Below, in pieces: positions 23,601-33,500 of a stretch of 64,000 nt of DNA. The position numbers and the translations under genes are program-made. How positions within the stretch are numbered: the stretch's first letter is position 1; every line of letters starts with the position of its first letter. A model generated the notes under the pieces. It ran no database searches, was not told where the DNA came from, and saw only the letters and a list, made by a program, of their open reading frames with translations. Location of the stretch: the NCBI GenBank assembly GCA_002633005.1, contig NMRA01000130.1:413243-477242 (forward strand), in the 5' to 3' direction. The DNA comes from Phoronis australis. Its lineage: Eukaryota; Animalia; Phoronida.

Positions 23601-26136
23601 GCCCATTCACATGCCTTTGACAATTTTTAGTATCAAAAACATTAACTTTCGAGGCTTGGGGAGAAATGACCAATTCTTAGTGCTTAGACCTCCAAAAGTC
23701 AGATTTTATGCAAAAACAGTACATTGCAGGTATAGAATTTAGCTAAAACAACATGTTAATTGCAAAACGAACTTCATCATGTTGCTCTATAAGTACAAAT
23801 CTGTCTCTAGAAAAGGCTGCTTTTGACATCAAAACTGGACATTTTGGGAATTTAAGAATGTAGAAAATAAATCTGAAACTAAATAAGGCGATCCAGATCC
23901 TCCCAAGGATACTATTGTTTCACGAAATGTAGAATATAAATAGGTAAATAAAACAACAAGAATGGATCAACTGAAATTTTCGGATGTAATAACGTCCTTT
24001 GTCAACAAAAACAGAAATAAAGTAAAATCAAACACTATATGACAATTGACATTTAAGATATGGTGTAATGAATATATCTTAAATGTCAATTGTCATCTAG
24101 TGTTTGATTTTACTTTATTTCTGTTTCTGTTGACAAAGGACATTATTACATCCGAAAATTTCAGTTGATCCATTCTTGTTGTTTTATTTACCTATTTATA
24201 TTGGGAATTTAAGAAAAATGTGAAAGGGAGATGAAACACAGATTCCTAAACTACTCGCTTTTACTCACCATTCAAGTGTACCTCAAGCAAGTTGTCTTTG
24301 GCTTCTTTTAAATTGTGTAGTTCTGCTAAACAGTCATTGAACAGCTGAAAAAGAAACGTGTATAATGAAATCAAGGTCAAGTTTGTGTTTACCAGGAATT
24401 AAAGATCGAAGCATATTACATGTAAAAAATCAAACAAAACCAGCTGCTTAAAATTAACAAATTAATGCTCTGCTGCAAAAAAAACAGACAACTTATAAGC
24501 AAACATATCAATGTCTATCTGATCTTGCAACATAGCCAAGATGATTATTGAAATAAAACTCTTAAAGCCTGGCATCTGTTAGGCATCTGTTTAGGTAGAG
24601 ACATGCACTTTCAGTGTTTGTAATCCACCATGGGGCACAGCACATATGAATGCTGCCCAACATACCATGGTCTTACCACTTCCTCGTGGACCAATAAGAA
24701 TGACCGAATTACTCTCCCCTGTGACCGCACTACGCTTGAGAAGGTTCATCAACTGACTGTAAAACAAAATGATATTAATTTAGAAATAAGTGGAGGTAGA
24801 TTGACTGCTGGGGAACACAGCTTTACGATTATTGACAGTGTATCACTATAACTTGAAACTGTGAGAAGCCATTCACATTCGGTGTTCGGCAACGACTTCA
24901 ATCAATGCATATGTTTCCCACAAGTCGTTGACACTGTTACACTGAGTTTTGATTCGCTGATTGCTAGCCAATCCTGTTCTGGTATTTTTGCATGTTTTGG
25001 AAATTTCTGTGAATTGTACCGTGTAGCCATCCTGGCATCCATTCTCTCAATAAAGCTTGATAATGGTGGATGTTTTACTGCCGAAACACGTCTTTATTCA
25101 AACTATACTAGCAGTAATAAAAAAGATGGTTCAGAAGAAAAGCAACGTTTAGACAGTCTAGTCACCAATAGTTCCATACACGGGACATGCCGCTCAGAAG
25201 AGTGACATTTTCAGGACCAGATACCTTACAAAAAGGAGCCTTTTTTCTTATTCTTATGAATGGGTGCCTTTGCCAAAATATTTCCCTATAAAAGCGTTCA
25301 GATTGGGAGTTTGTAACTCCACAAAGAGTTACTCTGTCAATCTACCATACACAAATCTACAGAAAGTTTTTAATACATCTTTCTAAGACTTTGCAGCAAA
25401 AGATTTTTGATGACATGGCACCTCTTCTTTTACTTTTTCAGACTTAACAGCTATTTGTTTGTTAAAAATTCAGCTGTCCAAAAATCCCTACAAAAACATT
25501 AGGTTTACACAAGGTGGCTGTTTCTGAAACAAAAACTCTCCGAAGAATTTATTATAAATAAATTATAATAAATTCTTAAAAAAACTCTCCGAAGATGATT
25601 TTTTCATGGCAGCTTTGTAAAAATGGGTCCCTTTTTCGTGTCTACTTTACAAATGGGTGGGTAACATAATTTTCCATATGCACCCCCATCAAAAAGATAG
25701 TTGAGTACCCTCCACCCAATAACAATTTTGACCCACATGCCAATTCATAAATTACAGTTAACCAGAGCTGCCTTCCGTAGACGTAAGAATCACACGAAAA
25801 TGCAAGATAATACCATGTATTACAAGCAAAGCATATGATCACACTAGCTATTCTTGCCAGTGTCTTGGGTCTACGGAATGCAGCCCAGACCTTAAACAAA
25901 TATGACTTCCCTTTCAATTTTCAAAAGAAATTACGATAAGTCGATAATCAGACATACCTTCTTTCTTCCTGATAGCCATGAATCACAGATGGTGGAGATC
26001 GTTCACAAAGCCGCTCCCTCAGTATTCGTTGGACCTTATGAATGGTACTTGACAATTCGTCTTCATTGGAAGACTGTTTACTAGGTGTCGACTTCCTTTT
26101 AGCTGTTAATGCCGAATGATGTCTTAATTTGCTCAT
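8641..26136 (-). CDS. ORC4: Origin recognition complex subunit 4 (AAA+ ATPase), complete, 11 coding exons, ~448 aa
   Basis: Coding exons on the minus strand: 26136-25958, 24756-24666, 24344-24269, 23405-23320, 21975-21927, 21671-21523, 20789-20616, 11640-11554, 10817-10712, 9944-9849, 8894-8641. All introns are GT-AG and phase-consistent, totalling 1347 nt. Motifs: [17 protein letters not shown] (Walker A), [10 protein letters not shown] (Walker B), [77 protein letters not shown] minus-strand AATAAA lies at 8460-8455. Confidence 0.97.
13780..15951 (+). CDS. Secreted C-type lectin-domain protein (signal peptide, coiled coil, Thr-rich stalk, CTLD), nested antisense in ORC4 intron 11641-20615; ~354-360 aa
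   Basis: Exon 1 runs from ATG 13780 (or 13798; the ORF is open from 13738) to 14740 (GCAG|gtaaat). Exon 2 is 15830-15951 (ttacag|...TAA). The N-terminus [16 protein letters not shown] is hydrophobic. The CTLD reads [13 protein letters not shown]...[15 protein letters not shown]...LWIGG...WRW...YTNW|DAPL...DCMYTC...[21 protein letters not shown] at 16394 and 16445. Confidence 0.9.
14821..15149 (+). mobile_element. MITE family A copy in the lectin intron
   Basis: TTAA on both sides (14817-20 and 15150-53), with terminal inverted repeats and internal homology to the other family A copies. Confidence 0.8.
16011..16342 (-). mobile_element. MITE family A copy (reverse orientation) just after the lectin stop codon
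   Basis: ttaa|agggatactaaacc...ggtttagtatcctt. The internal segment aaaactcc...gctaaat is the reverse complement of the family A core. Confidence 0.7.
16915..17150. mobile_element. Second TTAA-flanked MITE family (GGTTATGTA...TACATAAAC); related copy at ~20872-21242
   Basis: TTAA at 16911-14 and 17151-54; about 200 bp of clear homology with 21030-21240; a solo end at ~8313. Confidence 0.65.
20216..20566 (+). mobile_element. MITE family A, best-preserved copy
   Basis: TTAA TSD at 20212-15 and 20567-70; TIR aaggatactaaacc / ggtttcgtatcctt. Confidence 0.85.
22391..22773. mobile_element. MITE-like element with ~50-bp imperfect inverted ends
   Basis: aaaccctcaggtattttcgtagactc / gaggctacggcaatacctgaggggtt. 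Confidence 0.5.
23933..24202. repeat. Near-perfect foldback: 129-bp arms, 12-nt loop
   Basis: 23933-24061 is the reverse complement of 24074-24202, with 3 mismatches counted by eye. Confidence 0.95.
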
Positions 26137-27846
26137 GGTACGCAGTTTGTCTAGTGGATTATACTGTAACAAACATCGTAATCATTAGGTTTAATATCCT
26201 AGGCGCTTCATGGACGGGCATGGAAATTAAGGCTGAGCACTTAACACAGAGATGGGTACTTAAATCGGAAATTTCAAAAAATTTAGAGAGGGTGCCTACC
26301 CGAACGTGTGCACTTAAGAAGTCACAGTTGCTCTGCTTACCTATCTCCTTTGAAATTGAATTCCACAGACTCGAAGATTAAAGAACTAGCCATTGGGATA
26401 GTCGCCAATACAGAAGTTGAATAAGCGCTCGTTAACCGACATTTTTTGAGGGTCTAAGTATGCAACTATAAAAAGGACAGAATACACGAGGAAAAATACC
26501 TGCCAAAAATCCAACAACAGACATGCCATACTCATGTTATCAAAGTCAATGAAGACGCTAAAGTAGAGAACCCTTTTATTCGCAGTTTGAATTTTGCACC
26601 TCGATTAAAAACAACCTATCAAAAATCTTCAGCAAACTAGAACTGAAGTTTTGCATGCCTCGATCTAATGACACAGTGCAAATTTCACAAGAAAAATATT
26701 TATAAACTGCATTTCCATTATCAGCCGATTCCTGTTTGCTAGCACTGAATACCTGCTGCATCATGGTAAAATAGGTTAGTCCTGAAGATGTCACGTGAGC
26801 TCGTCATACATGTTATCTCGTCGGAGGTGAGCAAAGCCAGGATTTGGCTCTTAAAACTGTGACACATGAGTCAACCACTGCGATTGGCTGCTGTTTGGCC
26901 TTCAATCCAGGTCATTCATTGTCGGACTCCAATCGAAGATCAAGCAGCAGGAAATCACATGCATATCCTAGTGGCAAGATTGCGAACCTCACCAGACTTC
27001 CAACGTATCCGTTTATGTTTGAAATGGTGCACGCAGTACCCCGCCCCCTTCTTTGTTTACAGAGTACACTAACTTTCTAGTCATTTCCTATTCACGCCAA
27101 CTAGTACCCAGGTCAACTCTTAAACAGGTCTACTAACATATAAGCTTAAAGATGTATTCGCATGCTCCAAACTATGCTAATGTATAGTAGGAACTAAATG
27201 ACAATGCTATTTGAACATCATCTACACTAAACAAAGTGCAGTTGTATTCACTGACAACTCGTAAATATGAAAACAAAAATATCTGCAAATAGGTGACCTT
27301 TGCACCTTGGGGACTCACATAGCCCGCATCATGCAGTGTTATTCCCCAATACCGTGTTACGATACTTACTGGACACGGTTAAGTGATTTACGGCGGATCA
27401 TTTTCAACACAAAACTCGTTCTTAAAAACATTTGGCAACATTCGACGTACTTCATATTCACATCATCGCTATATGTTGTGTTTCTAACGAATTTGACCAA
27501 GCAATCCCAGAAATAAGGAATTAGCGTGCAAGTTCCATTTTAATTTTCATGTTTCATTTGTAAATAATGAGTAAAAACAACACATTTTTTTTATAAATGC
27601 AAATAAAACATGATTGCTTGATTTTAAACAGTACATTGCAAAAATGATTTTGAAAAGCTTTTGAAATTGATTTGGGTATGAGTTGACTAGAGTACAAGTT
27701 GACTTCCGTAAGTATAATAGAAGTATGTTTTAAAAGATCAAAATAAGCTTCCATGAATCGAAAAAAGCGTTGTAAATAGTCGAAAAAATCCAATAAAGCC
27801 TCTCCAAACTTTCTTGCTTGGCTGTTGTTCTTGTGACATAAGTGAT

Positions 27847-28329
27847 TATGCTGTGCGTGAACTAGGAATTCTGCTTAATCTCAAGATCGCGTAAGTGTAG
27901 AAAATTTCGCTGACATCCGAGACTTGAACCTCTGGGTTGTACGTGTGAGAGCGAAGTATCCAAATGATTCAGCCAAGAGGCAATTGCCACTTGACAAGAG
28001 AGGCTTTATACGGTTGAAGTCATGTGTCACAAAATTCCTCCGCGAATCAAGCATGCCACTTGCCCCCATCAGGTCGACCACGTCTCTAGTATGGGTTTAG
28101 TTCCACTGCAGTTGTTGGAACGTGACTCCGGACTGCACTGAGAAGTAAAATGTATGATCGTGAGGCCTATATCTGTATAATCTCTATCCATCTAATATAA
28201 AAAAATAATACAAAAATTCTTTAAACTAAACAACAAAATTCATCTGATTGTCTTAAAGAATATTCAATTCCATGTTCACGCATACGCAATCTTGAGATTA
28301 AGTAGGAATCCAAGTTCACGAACAGCATT
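27847..28329. mobile_element. MITE-like element with ~50-bp imperfect TIRs in the ORC4 5' intron
   Basis: tgctgtgcgtgaactaggaattctgcttaatctcaagatcgcgta / tacgcaatcttgagattaagtaggaatccaagttcacgaacagca. A related end occurs at ~59590-59625. Confidence 0.6.
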
Positions 28330-29129
28330 ATCAGTGATGGCCGATCAGTTAGGAAACGAAACAGTGACCACCGTCTCCACTCAGTCTCTACTCTCTCTTA
28401 CAGTAGTCTATCTGGCCAGTCTAGAGGCGGTGGTCACTGTCCATTTGAAAACTTGATCGGCAGCCCGGTTCCAGGCCAAACACTCAAAACCAAAGTCAAG
28501 CCATGTAATTAAAGGATAGGCCTCTAAACAACACGGACGTTTTTAAATCTTACTTTGCACACGCATACTACACACGGCTTTAAAAAGTGCGCACCGGAAG
28601 AAACAACACAACGCTCCTAACGTTAGAAAAGTGAACGAATCTGACGAACGGATGTGTGCAAAAATCCTTTGTTGACAGCGTTAACCGTAAGTTATTTCGG
28701 ATTACTTGAAGCATAAACAATGTGCATCATTACTAGCCAAACATAAACTTGTAAGATTCCACGCAGTGTCAAATGTGTCTGAATCCTTACTGTGTACGAC
28801 TGTTCCCCTTACAAACAACAGATGTCACCAGGGTCACATGCCCGTGCACGGGTTGGAAATTTGTTGACAGTCGATGAACATATGAACGGGAAGTGCAATG
28901 ATTTGTGAATGCAAAACATTGCTGCTTGTTGTAGAGGTAGTGAGTTACTGTGACGTCTTCACTAGCCATTCTAACGTACATTCATTTAGTAAGTAAAGAC
29001 ATAAAACAACTTGGTTTGGTTGCATAAATTTAAAACTAGGACTGACAGTACCACAGCTCACTGGCTTGAGTGTACTGTAACTTAGAGGCTACAATACTTC
29101 CCATCGCTTTCTGTACGAATTTCGTCCCG

Positions 29130-29550
29130 TGTATTTTGGCGGAACGCCAAATCCGGTCACTGATTAGGAGTTTTCACCTCGTAAAAAATACATTCCACAC
29201 TTAAAACTATCTCTTAAAAAAAACGCTTACTTCTACACATGTATCTTCAATGAAGCTTATAGTTACAAGAATTAAGGTGACTTTGGCGAAGAATTCCAAC
29301 TCCACTTTTTTGGTCACCGTAAACTTTTTCACCATGTGCGCGATAACCACAAGATATTTCAACTGAGTCACGTGAGTTAAGGCAAATTCAAGTTAGCACG
29401 AGACTGAGCGTGACTCTGGCGCGTGACACTTACAAAATAACATGGGATGGTATCAGGTGAAATTTGTAAGATTTGTGTCCCTTGGACTTGTTATTTGTCA
29501 ACATGCGTGATTTCACGCAACTTCCTCAAAATGGCACCCCGGCCGGTAAG
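29130..29550. promoter_or_regulatory. Putative bidirectional promoter shared by ORC4 (-) and ATXN7L3 (+) with short first exons
   Basis: A minus-strand donor (AA|gtaagc) at 29231/29230 and a plus-strand donor (CCG|gtaag) at 29545/29546 face outward. Between and around them: palindromic E-box TCACGTGA 29368-29375, E2F-like TTTGGCG/TGGCGCG (29135, 29282, 29417), and YY1-like CAAAATGGC at 29527. An ORC4 acceptor lies at 26165-26164, upstream of the ATG. Confidence 0.55.
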
Positions 29551-29602
29551 AGAAATTCGAGTAAACCGATTTCATCGATTTGTTCAAATTATCTTGACTG
29601 AA

Positions 29603-29860
29603 CATGGGCGCACCTAGGGGGTGCTCGGGGGGCCCCCTAATTTGGTGAAAGGTCCACCTCAGTGAAACAAAAAGCTCGAGTAAATGAGACAAAAGTCCAC
29701 AAAAATCCCAAGGGAAGTCCGTCGGGATCACAGTTCGTGGGCCTCTGAACCTTAGTGGCCCTGTTTTCTCTTTTTCAGTCCTCGTTCATTTCTTTCACTA
29801 AAGGGTCCACACATCAAAAAATTCGATCACCCCTTATACTTTAGGCTGGGTGCGCGCATG
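29603..29860. mobile_element. MITE family C (CATGCGCGCACC TIR, 5-bp TSD) in the first ATXN7L3 intron
   Basis: TSD CTGAA on both sides; catgggcgcacc...ggtgcgcgcatg. Confidence 0.8.
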
Positions 29861-30590
29861 CTGAATCGTCTCCAAACTTATGGTATGTGTTTCATTTGAT
29901 TTTATTTCCTGTATTTTGAAATTCGTAACTTTTTGTGGGGATGTACTATCGCCCCTGTATGCCTGCAGCATCCAAGGTGATGTAATTGCCTTACAGTACC
30001 ATAGACAGTGACCACCGTCTCTAGTTAAACTACAGATGGTGGAGCCCCTATAGGCGCTTCATACGCGGGAAGCTTTTTGGCAAATTATGCCTCATACTGA
30101 CTAAAACATCAAAGTCACGTTGTTATAAATACCTTTTGCACGTAGAGGGACACCTTAGGAGGCCGCTGATATTTTTAATTCCGTCCAACTCCAACAAATA
30201 CTCCTGTTATCAAACATTTTCTTTGAGCAGTCCCTCATTCAGTTCCCAAAATCTGTAACTTGTCATTTTTACACCGTGCATGCCAGGGGATATGACATCA
30301 TGCCAAAATGTAGTAATGTAGTAGTGACCTAAGTTATCTGTTGTTTTACAAAATTATTTTTACGTATGCTATAAAGATATTGCGTTGTGATTGGTGGTTT
30401 TCTTAATACATGTTTGCATGTGACTGATAAATTGATTTATTTATTCATTTTTAATAGTTTATGCTTTATTAATTATAGATTTACTAGGAATACTTTGTAT
30501 TTTTAATGACCCGGTGAACTTTTATTTTTCCTTTTTTGAAAGTAACGTAGACTTAATTTGCTGGTTTCAGTGCTGTAGTTGTCAGCAGCC

Positions 30591-33500
30591 ATGAGTGAAA
30601 TAGATGCCTTTCTACAAGACCCTAATTCATGGACTCTTGCCGACTCTGACGAAGAAGACGGGGAAGAAACCAATGGGTACTCAGAAAAAGATCCAGTGGA
30701 GGTAATATAAACCGAGCCCCTGAAAAGTGGCGGCAATAAACAGTATTTGTTCCCTCCATTACAAGAAAAAATATTGAGTAACTGAATACCAGTTTGGCCA
30801 AGTCGACTTTACAATTTTTTAGTCCCCTCATAATGAAGGTATGACAGAAAGTGAGAATGAAAGATGGTAATGGAAATAAATTTTACAGTACTTTTGCACA
30901 CAACGCAGGAGACAAATGTTTTGGAGTCAACAAGACACTAACATTGAGTTGTTCTAAAAAGTCCCAGTATAAGGTTAAAATGTGTTAATTTTTTTAATTT
31001 TTGCCCAGTATACTGTAAGAAAATTAAATCTTTGTGTTTATGATTTTAAGTTCATGTTTTCTATTTTTTACCTCAACTTGTTCCTATTTATTCTCTGCTT
31101 GGGAAGTTTGCAATTTAAAGCCCCATATGGCAATAAAAAGTTCAAGTCAAACTTGCCAACTTCGGTTCGAGAAGATCAAGTTTGTAGTGGTGAATGTAAC
31201 TGCATTTGAATGCAAAGCCTTCCCTCACCCGAAGGGGAAAGGTGCGTGTGCCTTCTGAGAGGTGAATTTTTTCAGGTGGGGGAAATTCTCAAACACGGTC
31301 GCCTCCAATTAAACTGGAACTGCGTGTGAACTTTTTAATCATAGGAGGGGAATTTTTTAGCCAGATGAGGGGAATTTCGTGTGATTTTGAAATATTTTTT
31401 CAGAGTGAAATGGAGCCAACATTCAACCCCAAAACTGATGGCCATGGAATATAACTCAAGCTCAGAATAAGAATGAGCCAGTCTTGCTAACATTGCTTGT
31501 AATCATTGGCACAAGAAGACCAGTACAGAAATACTTGCATGTTGTTATGAACTTGCTTCTGCATCAGTTTGCAAAAATACGCTTCTGAGGTTGCAGTAAA
31601 GTGAAGTTATAACCCTGTAGCTTGTAAATTGTAATGAACTCCCTTGTTTTCTAGTGCGATCACACAATGTTATCGTGACAGAATGTTGTGTGTATTCTAA
31701 ATCACTATTTGACTGACATATTGGCCTTCTGACAGGAGCTGATAGACGAACTAGCCAATGAGATGATCGATGAACTGAGTCTGGGTATCTGCTTTCAAGT
31801 GCACCGTGCCAGCAAGCTTGGAACGTTGTTTATTGACGAGACTGACGCGGAGTGAGTTGAGGGAATCAGTGCCAAATAAGGACCCGTCTAAGTTCCCTAA
31901 ATTTATTGCGTATTTCTGGACTTGTGAAAACATTGGTTGTCCTTTCTTGTGCTGTTGTAGTTTCGTTTACTTAGTAAATGTTTTATTTTGATGTAAACCG
32001 AGAGTGAACTCTCTGTTGAATTCTCAATATTATTGAAAATAAGTAGGGATCATTTCACGTAATGTCCCTAATTTAAGGACCAAGTCCCTGCAAAATTTCA
32101 TTGAAATCAGGGCTCAGTTTTTAGCTATGTTATTAGAAAATGTCCCTTAATTAGTTGAGTCCCTGTTTGGAACTGTCTCCTGTCTTTTCCTATATCGTCG
32201 AGACTTACAATAGTCTCTTATGTAGTGTTTTTATGTAAGCTTGATTTTATGCTTTTGGTTATGTAGTTGCTTTTGGAAGCTTCCTGTATTGAAACTTATA
32301 AAAAGAATTTGTTTAGAAGTTTATTGCTAAAGTGAAGGGAACCATTTTTATATTAGGTTTTGAAATAATTCAAACCCCTGGTTACCTTGGAAACACATTT
32401 TCCATGTTGATTAGTGTTCCCCTGGAGTGGCTATGACTATCCATTGAACAATAGAAAGTGACGTAATCGGTACAGCAAAGGGCCCACATATTGGTTCTGC
32501 ATTCACTTCTATTGGGGGAAACATAATGTCCTATTCTCTATTGAACACACTCTGTGCAGGTCATTAGGGTTTGTTCAATAGAAGTGAATGCAGAACTAAG
32601 ATGTGGGGGCCCTTCACTGGACCATGTACACCATTTTCCTTGGATTGTACATTCTCGTCAAGGGAACAGTAAATAACACGGAAAATAATTATACTTGATA
32701 ACCATGTTCTACATTTTTATACTGGGTAATGTCAAAAACGTCTGCTTTCACCTTTAACTACTTGAGCCATGGCAAAGGATTGCAATAATTTTGTTTTGAT
32801 ACATTTTAGGAAATGTTACTTTTAAAGTAATAGGTCTACAAAATCAAAATTTCAATGGGTGTTGTTTAATTTTTAGGGAATTATTTATGTTCTATTCTTA
32901 ACCGCTGTGTTTTACAAAATTGGTGATATGTCTCACCTTTCTGTTAACAGTACACGGCATAATCATGATGGCTTGAAATAATTCAGTTTGACATGTATTT
33001 TGTAATAAAAATTATTTGATGTTTTTATTTTAGATCTCAAAAGCAATATGGTAAGTCGCAAAGGAATTTCTAATTAATAATCGTAGTAATTCAGCTTTCG
33101 GTAATCGTCATATTATAGGTAAATTTTGCTCTTTTTCCATACATTTCGCCAACAAAACTTCAACTCCTGTGGTTATTATAACTGTGATATCTGTACTTGG
33201 CTTTGACCTAACTTATCTAGGTTGGTGTATAATGTATGCCTTAACTTCTTAAAATTCTTAAAACAACCATTAGTCTTCTCGATTGCTTTCAGCTGTGCCC
33301 TATTTTCTAGCTTCTGTTATGTTTATCTTTTCAATTACCAGCTCATAACACACAGCGCCCTCTGTCTTCTAGAACTCGTTGACTTTCCCGGACTGGATGT
33401 GTTTGGGCAGGTACCCATGAAGAAGCAATTGGAGTGTATCTGCCCCAACTGCTCAAGGAACATGGCTGCCTCCAGATTCGCACCGCACCTGGAAAAATGC

